DNA of 64,000 nucleotides, from positions 62,242 to 126,241 of the IMG/VR virus record IMGVR_UViG_3300023179_000030. One strand, written 5' to 3'. Of the stretch, positions 31,401-38,801 are shown one piece after another; the stretch's first letter is position 1; every line of letters begins with the position of its first letter. The position numbers and the translations under genes were made by a program. Source of the stretch: a virus. The notes beneath the pieces are model-generated. The model made no database searches and was not told where the DNA came from. It saw only the letters and a program-made list of their open reading frames with translations.

Positions 31401-32497
31401 AGCCAGGAAAGGATTTTAGCCTGTTGCAAAGTGGTATAGAGTATCCAGGTCTGATGCTTGATGGAACAACTTATACTGGAACTGCTAACATAGATACAAC
31501 AATTTCCAGCTTATATTCTGACTTGGCACTTGGTACTAGATCTGAGGACATCATCATTGATGGCAATGCCTATGTAAGCACTTACAGCAGTCATGCTCCT
31601 GAAGAATTGATACCGGGCCGTGTCTATGACACAATGGATATGAAAATAACTACTCTAGCAGTTAATCCACTATCAGCGGCCTATTCGTATTGGATTTATA
31701 ACCTAGGATTTTATGTGCTAAGTGTACCAGTAATTGACGGTGGTAGGGGTTACAGTGCTGGAAATGTCGCAGTTACAATACAAGGCGGGTCTCCCACCAC
31801 TATTGCAACTGCATCCCCAATCTTGGATGCCAATGGTAGCATAACTTCAATAACACTGGTAGCTCCTGGCTATAACGGCCAAAGATATTATACCGTTCCA
31901 AATGTAGTAATAACAGGATCCAATACAAGCCCGGCTAGAGCAGCAGCCTATCTTGGACAAACTGACTGGGGAACATTTGATTATCGATTGTTTAAAGACA
32001 TGAATGATAATTGGCAATTTTTGAAGATACCCAGCGATGGTACAACTACATTGGTAACCACTGATGCTTTAACCAACAACTTTTTACAAGTGGCTAATGC
32101 TTCTGTGCTATCAGGACCTGATCCCACTGGGGCAAATCCTGGCGTGGTTTATATCAACGGGGAACGTATTACTTACTGGACTAAAGAATCTACTTATAAC
32201 ACGATGACAAATTTAAGGCGTGGCACTGCTGGTACAGGTGCCAAAGCACATGCTATAGGTAGTTTGGTAGTGGACGCCGGGGCTTCCCAGATTGTCCCAA
32301 GCAGTGATAATTATACTTGGACTCCAAATGCAAATGTGACTAAAACAACCACATCGGGTGCAACTTATACTTTCCTAGCAAATACACCATATATACGTAG
32401 TAATCTATGGTATAATACTGGATCTACCACAGCAACCGATGGTTCAGGGCTGTATAACAGTACTAAATTGCAGGTTATATTTGTCAAACAGTCTTAG
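19490..32497 (+). CDS. Giant 4335-aa baseplate wedge / structural protein (gp7 position) with YHYH domain and FG-GAP-like repeats
   Basis: Uninterrupted ORF after gp6. YHY...IGFAADGYPIYGPYG near 21100-21960. FGxSV...GAP repeats near 27050-28900. KPYHT motif and GGSGY repeats. Confidence 0.7.
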   Translation: MPTTKTSPLLPSVFQTVTNQKFLNATLDQLVTEPNLKPLNGYVGRKFAPGFSSISDYVREPDAARADYQLEPSVVVKNTNTAEVEFHVTYPEVLQKINYYGGNIANPGHLWSSEYYSYTPHINLDAFINFGQYYWLPNGPDSVPVISNLVELEKTFYVYPDSGLSTYNLSGFGTISNPDLVLTRGGTYKFIVNQTGKPFWIQSDPGISGLQTSSNNLSSREILGVTNNGEDAGTVTFTVPDKTAQDVYISLPVVDSIDLVTTLKYSQIQGQLLSTLNTTYGGIDGQTSNLNNKLMVFGTYYANSSDWTANSITVPINQRYDIWRIQLTPVGSDFTVSLVYVQDIPMVNKVIVQSGNTYANTQWFKNGSEYLEIVPNITANLDTLYYQDGVNPGQFGVIKIVDAGANILNVTTEILGKQNYISPNGIKFTNGLKVKFDSDVIPAKYQNSEFYVEGVGDAITLTAVNDLIVSFSGSRSNFDPTSRFLQAATSANLNTTKTELVITTTDVPDGTSVKHGVFPNTSNTNYIVEQTLVLTYPYRGGLNSIGEHTSTTLTSDPIGVTVPGILINGVSNQWYVPGQNGSTWHYDAEQVLINGEDIYGGSTGDAGDYHYRSSKFITANAWGSLTGFTSGYTETDGHSKLIGFAADGYPIYGPYGYANANSSLGGVTRMTSSYTASNTGAYRPVSKTVTVTTGTTGNIIVVSSTVGLNPGMRITINDAGITSGSVWILNNGLHTAVGPSLFTAGATQVLLSSNVTVTAGASLTFEFLAGAFIEDYTYVPGSGTLDQFNGRYGVTPDFPNKTYAYFATVDTLGNPVYPYFVGQSFYGSLEADINTSLLEPDYIISNRSSTDLNPWSRRNRWFHSDVISISNQYNKTTAILDQNYRAKRPIIEFNPNLQMYDFGKRGLAPVDLFDTTITQPFIDIEGASSYYIDDINLFDGMRIIFAADADPLTRGKIWVVNFIDVVGTSTSDPTIIHLTLADDGDVQDNDTVSVFNGSNNGKSFWYHDSQWDEGQAKTGLNQAPKFDVFDNEGVSFSDLTKYQINNNSLAFTGTKLFSYKLGTGSDDPVLGFPLSYKNFNNIGDILFENNFDVDTFSYRVNSVDYTSNVNLGFLHRNNSDSTTTKLNVWTTVVEDSKQYQDISYIYDGINNEFLIDVSPQPTATIPNLKVYVNFNLLKTADYQIYNLSGSNKNIAIDKTLIKDGDKIDILVYSEEISKIGFFEIPSNLNLNAQNTVLSTPTLGELRNHISKLTQNSVLFSGTYPGASNLRDINVEAQGGTMLQQSSPTSLASLFLTDDSMNFVNSLNSASQEYTRFKNKFITTASQSNLIDYSNPVDSVDLIIKQINQVKNKSFPWFYSDMVPHGDNKNTITYTVYNTLLTNYEITNVFSNTELSNQACLVYLNGIQLLYGIDYTFLTTGPGVQLTSQVSLTVGDVITIVEYNDTDGNWIPETPTKLGLYPKFTPKLYVDYTYLTPQTMIQGHDGSLTPAFGDFRDDLILELEKRIYNNIKSNYDFKSFNIFDSKPGKFRDTGYSQSDFNNIVAKGYLPWIGFNRLDYSTNSTYDSTNAFTFNYSKALDVIDGKQLPGSWRACFEYFYDTQRPNTNPWEMLGFSEQPEWWEETYGPAPYTSGNLDLWTDLQNGYIAGGDRAGIDTKFARPGLLSIIPVNENGQLIPPQGLLTSKYNTSDFNRNWAVGQYSPTETAWRNSSEYPFAVQLMMALTQPAKYFALAAMPDKYRYNSELKQYLNTETNRRLNQSDIVINGDFDSGIISRSAGYINWIGDYLTTLGITSKANLKHYISDYTIQLSYRMAGFSGKQYLKVLAEQNSPNSINESILIPDSDFDLILNKSTPVSNPRYSAVIVEKTATGYKLSGYDNRNPYFTVVQPAITGDYKVIEVLSSSVNYYTTFTNYKVSIPYGTEFANVQQIAGFLAGYERYLIAQGFRFDYYDSDLGQIRNWELSIKEFMFWQKQNWPVSSILVLGPAADIITLSNTNAAVDEIMNSYYGSKIMTQNFVVLDSDSYSVLRDGNVFRVNLDTKNGDLIAFADFNLVQYEHVLICNNKTQFNDVIYDPAMGQRQFRLKLVGAKTGGWTGTLTPEGYMYNKPGVPSWRAATDYLRGDLIEYKNFYYTAIADIPGTTDFNSNNWLPVDKNKIKSGLLNNLATNAGAAVNFYDTDIVNLESKFDLYSLGLIGYRNRSYLNDLGLDDTSQVKFYQGFIKEKGTLNAIDALGKVSFTGQDSNVEISEKWAFRVGNYGSLGTNQFVEMVLDENYVLNNPTSLAVLSNNTVVYSSIYSDDTALFKTSESNWAPPFLLNRNSNSNRSDDIQTAGFVNIDDVDYTVFDLNDTASLSTDISNIGVGSIIWAAKDYTQKWNVFRVNENQTNVIEIYNGLDNKLLMVTDTPHSLSIDDAIVINNADTFNGFYRVQTVESQTTFTVLYSGSLTGFSTVTLLCPLYKLSSLRVKYASDITSLPMSTPGWQDDDKVWVGEDSSTVEWAVYNKSSPWAAQSALPRGAIYSNDKFGSTVVLSLDNNFAAAGVPGFSSNVGAIVNYVRTVSGDLLEDQTFVSLANATVNMGSSLANGNKYLITGAPGSSTNRGYAFVYNRSTSGQLTPYQILTTSSASSGKFGYSVAISKDDQWAFVGCPGTDTVAVYGFDSTISTVTQTIIANGVLTSFALSFTPASAELLYVSSSLTSYVPYVDYTITGSTIVFSTAPAASSIVIRQRAGFKYFTTISYSGTGSNFGFSLACSTEGAQVVIGAPLATVTYNSTPLTKSGSVIVYNRSVDNFIAIANQTIFGGSTISLTNFNKVYIDGVLKTIAVDYIIAASTKVQFNTPLTAGQVVTIETNSFNRIGEYTPKVPTALSQFGYSVDICPNNCSVYIGAPYKSTTKYFTGSAYRFLNQGRVYGTITGTVSNPTVNSGDSIRINNFEVVFTTTSLGSVVNAINATLIPGVTASAVNGYLKLDSISTLSADKLRILPGVGSAITDLGLKTFVETEEISNPTGNAYDYFGQKVKINTNSDVLGVGSTEATTIVPTTFDLTTKVTTFDSSSTTFNDPIPSGAVWVLSYLNDSRNNIDHAGKFSFVQQLTLSVLKDLGISLANYVKFGSDFAFTNTNLLVGASAENSIATNGGRIYQFSNSEELKGWDVVRSQTDKVDIDSLKRAYIYNTDTQTILYNLDYIDPAKGKILGQAEQNITYKTDYDPAFYNYSVSSSATLDQQFHWNSTQVGQVWWDLSTVKYIDYEQGTNSYRTANWGRVFPGSSINVYEWVESLYLPSLYVTNGGDGIPKYPDDSAYVLMTHVDPATNVVTLRYYFWVSGKTSVSLGLANRTMPIVTIADYISNPKNSGIKYLAAIKDDAVAVYNVVGQTTGKSIILHIDYATELNSNLIHSEYALLSEVGTNVSSIPTSLYKKLVDSASGIDLFGNTVPDPALSVQNRYGISVRPRQSMFVNRKLALKEMVSYVNTVFAENIISQGFDLTKLSSGEPIPMSESGAYDVEVQTIEELGYLDITSLATGYKVLVATDTSVSGLWTIYTKQSSNTWLLTRSQSYRTTDYWQYIDWYAPGFDKTVRPAYTVNTLADLANLKLVAQDIVKIKNNGQGKWLLLQIFPNVINTIGIESGTIELKSNLYNLSNYSMGYGNDNFDSGPFDKNPNLEIRIIMEALRDDIFINQLKDKFLTLFFVFIYYILDEQKFVDWVFKTSFIDVLHKIKGLAQPQIYSKENQDYYRQYIEEVKPYHTTIREYVIDYQGTDNFTGYVGDFDVPAYYDNTLQMYRSPSGEFLQDIDALNTGLQYRDWLLSYTYSISEITIANGGSGYTSAPTITITGSTIGNDALARATINNGAITGVEILYAGTNYTSQPVITVTGGGGSGAALYARLGNSTTRKMKTTLVYDRLTYGTSVQLWAANTAFTQGSLVSYNQTAYIVDTTFTSGSTFSADNLTVYPAYKLDNANDRIQSYYSPTTGQPGKDFSLLQSGIEYPGLMLDGTTYTGTANIDTTISSLYSDLALGTRSEDIIIDGNAYVSTYSSHAPEELIPGRVYDTMDMKITTLAVNPLSAAYSYWIYNLGFYVLSVPVIDGGRGYSAGNVAVTIQGGSPTTIATASPILDANGSITSITLVAPGYNGQRYYTVPNVVITGSNTSPARAAAYLGQTDWGTFDYRLFKDMNDNWQFLKIPSDGTTTLVTTDALTNNFLQVANASVLSGPDPTGANPGVVYINGERITYWTKESTYNTMTNLRRGTAGTGAKAHAIGSLVVDAGASQIVPSSDNYTWTPNANVTKTTTSGATYTFLANTPYIRSNLWYNTGSTTATDGSGLYNSTKLQVIFVKQS

Positions 32498-32525
32498 GCT
32501 AAATAATGTACAACGAGAATATATT

Positions 32526-32897
32526 ATGAATGATTTTTTACCATTGGTATTGGTTGCGCTGGGGTTGGTGCTGTATGTCTGGTTATTTTGGATCGCTTAT
32601 GTACTTGTCATGGGGTTTTATCGTGCAAAATTGGATAATAGATTGACATTGACCACCATGATTTTGGGAGCACCATTTATACTTACTGGTTTAATTATGG
32701 ATGTGATCGCTAACATAGTCATTGCTCCTATAGTGTTTTTAGATCCGCCACAAGAACTACTGGTGACCTTAAGATTGCAAAGGTATCTAAAACAACCTGC
32801 AGGTTGGAGAAATAGCCTAGCACAGTACATTTGTACTAACTTCTTAGATATTTTTGACCCATCAGGTAAACATTGCTTTCATCCAATGGATAAATAA
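32526..32897 (+). CDS. Small membrane protein
   Basis: Two hydrophobic segments and C-terminal LDIFDPSGKHC. Start ATG 32526 follows TAAATA. Confidence 0.55.
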   Translation: MNDFLPLVLVALGLVLYVWLFWIAYVLVMGFYRAKLDNRLTLTTMILGAPFILTGLIMDVIANIVIAPIVFLDPPQELLVTLRLQRYLKQPAGWRNSLAQYICTNFLDIFDPSGKHCFHPMDK

Positions 32898-32905
32898 TTA
32901 ATACT

Positions 32906-33061
32906 ATGAATCAAACAAAAGACGAAACTCAAGAAAAGAAATCTGAACTGATACTGGAATCCACTGACCGACCACATGAATCCACTGGAATTTATGTACG
33001 CGGATTTTTAAAAATCAGTGACCCAGAGACCAAAGAGGTTCTAATAGAAACATCAAATTAA
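32906..33061 (+). CDS. Small 51-aa protein (not in ORF track)
   Basis: MNQTKDETQEKK...GIYVRGFLKISDPETKEVLIETSN. It fills the gap and has TAAATA upstream. Confidence 0.6.
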   Translation: MNQTKDETQEKKSELILESTDRPHESTGIYVRGFLKISDPETKEVLIETSN

Positions 33062-33071
33062 TGGATTAACA

Positions 33072-33665
33072 ATGTTTGACAAAAATAATACAATAATTCA
33101 AGGCCATATTAAAATATATGACCCAGTCTCAGGGGAAGTTTTTCAAGACAGACCCAACGCTATTCATTATGAAAATATCAGTGAAGCATTAGCTCAAAGT
33201 TTGGGCAATAAAGGCACAGGCTTTATAGAATATATGGCTTTTGGCAACGGGGGAACAGCGGTGGACAGCACTGGGGTCATAACATATTTGCCTGCTAATA
33301 CTTATGGTCAAAATGCAGCTCTATATAATCAAACTTATTCTAAAATAGTAGATAACACCAGCGCCTTAAATCTGGACCCTGCAAGAAATTATATTGAGGT
33401 ACGACATACTCCGGGGTTAATATATACTGATTTGTTTGTTAGTTGCCTATTAGACTATGCTGAACCAGCAGATCAGCAAACATTTGACAACAGCGCTACT
33501 ATGCAGGGTTCCTATGTATTTGATGAAATGGGACTGGTCAGTGGCAGCGGGAAATTGCTTACCCACGTGATTTTTCACCCTGCACAAAAAGCATTGAATA
33601 GATTAATACAAATTGATTACACAATTAGAATTCAGTCACTTACTAATCTAAGCAGCAATTTGTAA
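33072..33665 (+). CDS. Virion structural protein (baseplate / tail-fibre attachment)
   Basis: GHIKIYD, MAFGNGG, FDEMGL, LLTHVIFHP motifs. Located in the tail module. Confidence 0.55.
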   Translation: MFDKNNTIIQGHIKIYDPVSGEVFQDRPNAIHYENISEALAQSLGNKGTGFIEYMAFGNGGTAVDSTGVITYLPANTYGQNAALYNQTYSKIVDNTSALNLDPARNYIEVRHTPGLIYTDLFVSCLLDYAEPADQQTFDNSATMQGSYVFDEMGLVSGSGKLLTHVIFHPAQKALNRLIQIDYTIRIQSLTNLSSNL

Positions 33666-33683
33666 TAACTGGAATTACTGGAC

Positions 33684-35294
33684 ATGTCATATACTATAAA
33701 CTTAACCAATGGTACAACATTAACAACGATTGATGACGGCACTATCAATAACACGTCAACAACATTGACGTTGGTGGGAAAAAACTATTCGGGTTATGGT
33801 GCCTTTTTAGCAGACAATTTTGTACAATTATTGGAAAACGGCAGCAACAGTACCGCCCCAGAGACACCACTGACTGGACAATTATGGTGGGATACTGCTG
33901 GTAATTTAAAAGTATATACAGGGTCAACTTTTAAGACATTAAGCAGCACCACAGTGGGCAACGCTGCTCCCACCAGCGCAGTAACCGGCAATGCTTGGTG
34001 GGATACTGTCAATCAACAATTTAATGTTTACAATGGCTCAAGTTGGGTACTAGTTGGTCCATCGTTTAGTGCAGCAGGCACCAACGGCACAGTGGTGGGC
34101 ACTATCTTAGATACTTCTAGTGCACCACACATAACAGTCAATGTTTATATTTCCAGCACCTTGGTTGCTGTGGTAAGCAAAGATCCCAGTTATACTCCCC
34201 AGACTCCTATAACTGGATTCTCAACTATTAACCCAGGTTTTAATTTGGCCAGCACCAGCGCAATCTCCAATATTGCTTATTGGGGAACAGCCAGTGATGC
34301 CAGTACATTGGGCAATGTCGCAGCAGCTAAGTATGCTCGAAAAGATATTGCAGAAACTTTTGCCAATGCTGTAAGTATCAATAATAATTTAGGTTTAACC
34401 ATTGGAAATGCCGGCGTACTAACAGCCAGTGTAAGTGGAAACCTAGCACAAATAACCAATAATGTCAACAACGCCAACATTGCTATTAGAGCAAATATCG
34501 GTGGCAGTGTCACTAATGCTATATTTGTCAATGGTGCCAGTGGAGCAGCATCATTTGCAAATGCAATTAGCACAACTGGAAACATTTCTGGCGGTTCAAA
34601 TATTACGGCGTCAGCCAACATAACAGCCAGTGGCGCACTTGTGACCTCAAACACCACAGCCTCAACTAGCACCACTACAGGTGCATTATTAGTTTCGGGT
34701 GGTGCGGGCATTGCCGGCAACGTAGTTGCAGGCGGCAACGTAGTTGCAGGCGGCAATGTCACAGCTTCAGGATTTAAACTAAGCTCTGGTATATCCATGG
34801 TACCAATGGGTGTTATTGTATTGTGGTATGGATCAATTGCTACAATCCCTTCAGGGTGGGCATTATGCGATGGAAATAATGGTACTCCCAATCTAGTAGA
34901 TAGATTTGTTGTTGGTGCTAATACCTCTCCAGCAGTTGGAGCTACCGGTGGTAGCAAAGATGCAACTTTAGTATCACATAGTCATGCGATCACTGTCAGC
35001 AACCCTTCTCATAGTCACACTGCAACGTTCTCAGGTACAGCATTAGCTGGCCACACCCATACATTTGGGGCTGGGCTGTCACCTGGCGGTGGCGGCGGTC
35101 TGGGTGGCGGAGATTTGAATTCCGCATCGGGTACCACAACAACATCATCTGAATCTGCCGGGACCCCAGCTGGTACAGTATCTGTTAATTCCGCTACAAC
35201 CAGTATTTCAGCATCATCAGACACTCAAGGTGTGACAGCTACCAATGCTAACTTACCGCCATACTACGCATTAGCATATATAATGAAACTGTGA
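33684..35294 (+). CDS. Tail fibre protein with collar domain
   Basis: LVGKNYSGYG N-terminus, GQLWWD, collar-like PSGWALCDG...PNLVDRF, and NLPPYYALAYIMK end. Confidence 0.8.
   Translation: MSYTINLTNGTTLTTIDDGTINNTSTTLTLVGKNYSGYGAFLADNFVQLLENGSNSTAPETPLTGQLWWDTAGNLKVYTGSTFKTLSSTTVGNAAPTSAVTGNAWWDTVNQQFNVYNGSSWVLVGPSFSAAGTNGTVVGTILDTSSAPHITVNVYISSTLVAVVSKDPSYTPQTPITGFSTINPGFNLASTSAISNIAYWGTASDASTLGNVAAAKYARKDIAETFANAVSINNNLGLTIGNAGVLTASVSGNLAQITNNVNNANIAIRANIGGSVTNAIFVNGASGAASFANAISTTGNISGGSNITASANITASGALVTSNTTASTSTTTGALLVSGGAGIAGNVVAGGNVVAGGNVTASGFKLSSGISMVPMGVIVLWYGSIATIPSGWALCDGNNGTPNLVDRFVVGANTSPAVGATGGSKDATLVSHSHAITVSNPSHSHTATFSGTALAGHTHTFGAGLSPGGGGGLGGGDLNSASGTTTTSSESAGTPAGTVSVNSATTSISASSDTQGVTATNANLPPYYALAYIMKL
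34716..34757 (+). repeat. 18-nt in-frame tandem repeat (GNVVAG x2+)
   Basis: GGCAACGTAGTTGCAGGC occurs twice, followed by GGCAAT. Confidence 0.85.
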
Positions 35295-35857
35295 AAGTAC
35301 AGCTCTCAGCTATTTTTGAACAATTCGAATTTATCACGCCAGGTGCAAAATTCGATGAATTATGGGATCAAATTAATAATCACTTAGCTGTGTCTGAACT
35401 CAATGATGTCTACATTGAAATCACAGTGAACATATTGACTATCGCCAGTTTTCAAACTATAATAAATTTAATTTTTGGTCTAAGGCAAATTTATTCACAA
35501 CGTCGCCCACGTGTATTTTTTGAATTATCCAATCTGTCTCCAGAATTCCTTAATGCTCAGTTGTTGCCAGCTAGTAGTTATGATATTGTTGAACATGCCT
35601 GGGCCTTTATGATGAAGAAATCTACGTCTGACTCAATTTTTACCAGTGATGAATTAGATCAAGTTCAGACGCTATTGGATTGGTTAAATCAAGGTTGCAA
35701 TAAGTCAAAAGAATATGCTAAACTACAATATGTTGAGTTCTATCACCACATAATGAAGTTGCAAAATTCCAGCGATAAAAAATTTGAAGATGTATTTCCG
35801 GAATTGCAGAATTTTTATAAAACGGCTGAACATCAATACTTACAAACATTAGAATAG
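35291..35857 (+). CDS. Hypothetical protein resembling the C-terminal half of phage radical-SAM proteins
   Basis: TVNILTI...PEFLNAQLLP...FEDVFPEL pattern, but no CxxxCxxC. Confidence 0.35.
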   Translation: MKVQLSAIFEQFEFITPGAKFDELWDQINNHLAVSELNDVYIEITVNILTIASFQTIINLIFGLRQIYSQRRPRVFFELSNLSPEFLNAQLLPASSYDIVEHAWAFMMKKSTSDSIFTSDELDQVQTLLDWLNQGCNKSKEYAKLQYVEFYHHIMKLQNSSDKKFEDVFPELQNFYKTAEHQYLQTLE

Positions 35858-35866
35858 GATCACATT

Positions 35867-36721
35867 GTGGCACAAAAAATCTTAATCATGGGGTTACCCG
35901 GGGCGGGCAAGACCTTTTTAGCAACGGCTTTGAAATCTTACCTAGAGGAAAACTCCAGTGTTAGCACTATGCCAGCAAATCGCCTGGCTAATTATGAAAG
36001 TATGCCCAGATCTTATTCGTCAAAGGTAGATTGGTTTAATGCCGACGACATACGACAACGTTTTAATGATTGGGATTTTAGCAAAGATGGTAGAATTCGT
36101 CAAAGTTTAAGAATGGCTGAGTTTGCATTAAAGTGCACTGGTGATTATGTGATCTGTGATTTTGTAGCACCACTAGTTGAGATGCGTGATAATTTTAAAG
36201 CAGACTGGACAATCTGGGTTGATACCTTGGATGCAGGTAGATTCGAAGATACTAATCGAATTTTTGTACCTCCCACTGACTACGACTTCAGAGTAACCGA
36301 ACAAGAGGCAGAAAAATGGGCAGCTTTTATTGGTGATCACATATTGCATCAACGGCGCCGACCAATATTTGAATGGAAACGTGAAAGTGCGTTACTATTG
36401 GGAAGATTTCAGCCCTGGCACACTGGTCATCGTGCGTTATTTGAAAGAGCACTCAGCAAAACAGGACAGGTGATTATTCAAATACGTGACTGTCAAGGTT
36501 GGAATGGGTCTAATCCTTTTGAGCTAGAGCAAGTAAAGAACTTTATACGACGTGATTTGGATCCTCAATATCAAGGCACTTACGAAATTCAAGTGGTGCC
36601 CAATATTACAGAAATTGTCTACGGTAGAGATGTCGGCTACAAGATAACTCAAGAAGTATTTTCCGACGAGATTCATGCAATCAGCGCCACAAACATTAGA
36701 AAATCACTGGGTTTGCAATGA
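35867..36721 (+). CDS. APS-kinase-like P-loop kinase fused to HxGH nucleotidyltransferase
   Basis: GLPGAGKT, NADDIR and DFVAP, then LGRFQPWHTGH...ISATNIR. Confidence 0.75.
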   Translation: MAQKILIMGLPGAGKTFLATALKSYLEENSSVSTMPANRLANYESMPRSYSSKVDWFNADDIRQRFNDWDFSKDGRIRQSLRMAEFALKCTGDYVICDFVAPLVEMRDNFKADWTIWVDTLDAGRFEDTNRIFVPPTDYDFRVTEQEAEKWAAFIGDHILHQRRRPIFEWKRESALLLGRFQPWHTGHRALFERALSKTGQVIIQIRDCQGWNGSNPFELEQVKNFIRRDLDPQYQGTYEIQVVPNITEIVYGRDVGYKITQEVFSDEIHAISATNIRKSLGLQ

Positions 36722-37158
36722 TTAAACCTAGATTTAGAGAATATTACATGGATATTGCAGATAGAACTGCACTATTGAGTCGAGCTCGTCGATTGCAAGT
36801 GGGCTGCGTTATAGTCAAAGATGATAGAATTATCAGTGTTGGCTACAATGGCACTCCCAGCGGCTGGGACAACAATTGTGAGTTTGAATATCTGAATCCA
36901 GAAACAAATGTAGTAGAACTAGTGACCAAACCAGAAGTCTTACACGCAGAAATGAATGCATTAATGAAGTTAGCGAGAAGCGTTGAGTCAGGAGAATCCG
37001 CAAGCTTGTTTGTTACTCATGCTCCTTGCATGAACTGTGCAAAAAGCATATATCAAAGCGGAATTAAAGAAGTGTTTTATCGACAAACTTATAAAGATTC
37101 ACAGGGAACAGAATTCCTAATTAAATGCGGGATTAAAATTGAGAGTTTATCTATATAG
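36718..37158 (+). CDS. dCMP deaminase
   Basis: VGC...GYNG, HAEMNA and PCMNC motifs. Confidence 0.9.
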   Translation: MIKPRFREYYMDIADRTALLSRARRLQVGCVIVKDDRIISVGYNGTPSGWDNNCEFEYLNPETNVVELVTKPEVLHAEMNALMKLARSVESGESASLFVTHAPCMNCAKSIYQSGIKEVFYRQTYKDSQGTEFLIKCGIKIESLSI

Positions 37159-37390
37159 GCTTTTTCAGTTCATATAATATGCTTGTGTCTTCATCGAAAT
37201 CCGCCACTATGCTTACTTTGGTCATCATACTATCAAGATGAGTTGATGTGTGATAACTCACTGATTTGGCATTGTCTTTGACCCACATACCGAAATCCTC
37301 CAGCAGCCAACTATGATGTTTAGTAAAATGCAATTCAATACCTGACACGACTTCAGGGGCAATCAAAAACTCGTAGACAACTTTTTTCAT
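37151..37390 (-). CDS. Hypothetical protein
   Basis: ATG immediately after the thyA stop. Confidence 0.5.
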   Translation of the reverse strand: MKKVVYEFLIAPEVVSGIELHFTKHHSWLLEDFGMWVKDNAKSVSYHTSTHLDSMMTKVSIVADFDEDTSILYELKKPI

Positions 37391-37391
37391 A

Positions 37392-38291
37392 TTAAACAGC
37401 CATGGGTGCCGATATAGCGGAATGTGACTGATAGTCAATGAGTTTTATGTCATCCATGGTGAACTTAGTAATGTCTTTAATATCGGGATTAAGCCAAAGT
37501 TTTGGCCTAGGCAGTGGCTGTCGTGCTAGTTGCTCTTTGGCCTGTGTAATGTGGTTATTATATAAATGTGCATCACCTATAGTGTGAATAAAGTCACCAA
37601 CTTTTAGGTTGCACACTTGCGCGATCATGTGTGTTAGTAATGAATAGCTGGCAATATTAAACGGAATCCCCAATAAGAAATCTCCGCTGCGTTGATACAT
37701 TTGGCAACTTAATTCATCATTGGCGACATAAAATTGAGCAAAGGAGTGGCAGGGTGGGAGCGCCATTTCTTTTAAATCAGCGACGTTCCAAGTATTAATA
37801 ATATGTCGTCGTCCCTCAGGGTCTCGTTTAATGCCATTGATAATTTCTATTAGTTGATCAATTTCATCTTTTTCAGCCAAGACCTCAACCACATTGTTTC
37901 CACTGTGGCCCAACTCCTTTTTCTCAATATATCGTCTCCAGTGGCGCCATTGTACGCCATAGACTCGACCCAAATCGCCTGGAAATTTAGCTTGTCCTTT
38001 CCAATATGGGGCTTGAGCATTTTCAGTCCATACAGTTTTTTTACCAGTATCCCTGGTACCATGCAATATTTCAGACAAACGTCTTTCATCACCTGAACCT
38101 TCAATCATCCACAATAATTCACTTACCACAGCGCGCCAGGCCAACTTTTTAGTGGTAACTGCTGGAAACTCAGAACGCAAATTATAACGAGTTTGCATAC
38201 CAAATACACTTAGTGTACCTGTACCAGTTCTATCTCCCTTGGCGATTCCATGGGTAAGCACGTAGTTTAGATCTTCAAGATACTGCTTCAT
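37392..38291 (-). CDS. thyA: Thymidylate synthase
   Basis: DRTGTG, RRHII, LPPCH, YQRSGD..LGIPFN and GDAHLY motifs. Confidence 0.95.
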   Translation of the reverse strand: MKQYLEDLNYVLTHGIAKGDRTGTGTLSVFGMQTRYNLRSEFPAVTTKKLAWRAVVSELLWMIEGSGDERRLSEILHGTRDTGKKTVWTENAQAPYWKGQAKFPGDLGRVYGVQWRHWRRYIEKKELGHSGNNVVEVLAEKDEIDQLIEIINGIKRDPEGRRHIINTWNVADLKEMALPPCHSFAQFYVANDELSCQMYQRSGDFLLGIPFNIASYSLLTHMIAQVCNLKVGDFIHTIGDAHLYNNHITQAKEQLARQPLPRPKLWLNPDIKDITKFTMDDIKLIDYQSHSAISAPMAV

Positions 38292-38294
38292 TTA

Positions 38295-38801
38295 TTATTT
38301 AGATTTAAAAATGTCAATGTTTTTGTATACGAGCCAGCTGCATTTACGGTCTGAGCTGGTAGCTGCACTTTTTGTTTGAAATACAGACAAATAATTTCTC
38401 AAATCAATTTGAGTATCTGTTCTATATTGACCTTTGAAATGTGTAATGTGTACCTCGTCAACCAAAGATCTAGTTTCCATTAGTAGTTTGGGACCTCCAA
38501 TTATCCATATTGTTTGATTGGGATGATCCTGTTCTATTTTCTTCAATCTATCTGCAATGTCACCTCGTATTGTGGTGACATTATATCCAAAAAGTGGTCG
38601 AGTGGTGGCAACATAATTAATGCGCCCTGGCAGGGGCTTGGGGAACTTGGGATCGTCCCAGGTCCTCCTACCCATTACTACTATACCGCCCAAAGTCTGC
38701 GATTTGAAGTATTGCAAATCTTCACTGTGGCTGGGCCAAGGAAGCCCACCCTTATATCCCATGCCGCCCCAAACATCACAGGCAAATATCGCCTTAATCA
38801 T
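38295..38801 (-). CDS. folA: Dihydrofolate reductase
   Basis: GLPW..EDLQYFK, VVMGRRTW, PLPGR and IIGG motifs. Confidence 0.92.
   Translation of the reverse strand: MIKAIFACDVWGGMGYKGGLPWPSHSEDLQYFKSQTLGGIVVMGRRTWDDPKFPKPLPGRINYVATTRPLFGYNVTTIRGDIADRLKKIEQDHPNQTIWIIGGPKLLMETRSLVDEVHITHFKGQYRTDTQIDLRNYLSVFQTKSAATSSDRKCSWLVYKNIDIFKSK

Noticed and set aside
34716-34757. Tandem repeat as a CRISPR or diversity-generating-retroelement signal
   Set aside because: It is a simple in-frame duplication with no spacers. No reverse transcriptase or template repeat is seen.
34277-34957. 226-aa antisense ORF (and the many other short antisense ORFs)
   Set aside because: These are shadows of real genes with biased codons and have no SD or recognisable motifs.
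37392-38291. Thymidylate synthase as a dCMP hydroxymethylase feeding the glycosyltransferase (T4-style glucosyl-hmC)
   Set aside because: It has the dUMP-specifying Asn (PFN) and sits with DHFR and dCMP deaminase, so it looks like canonical ThyA.
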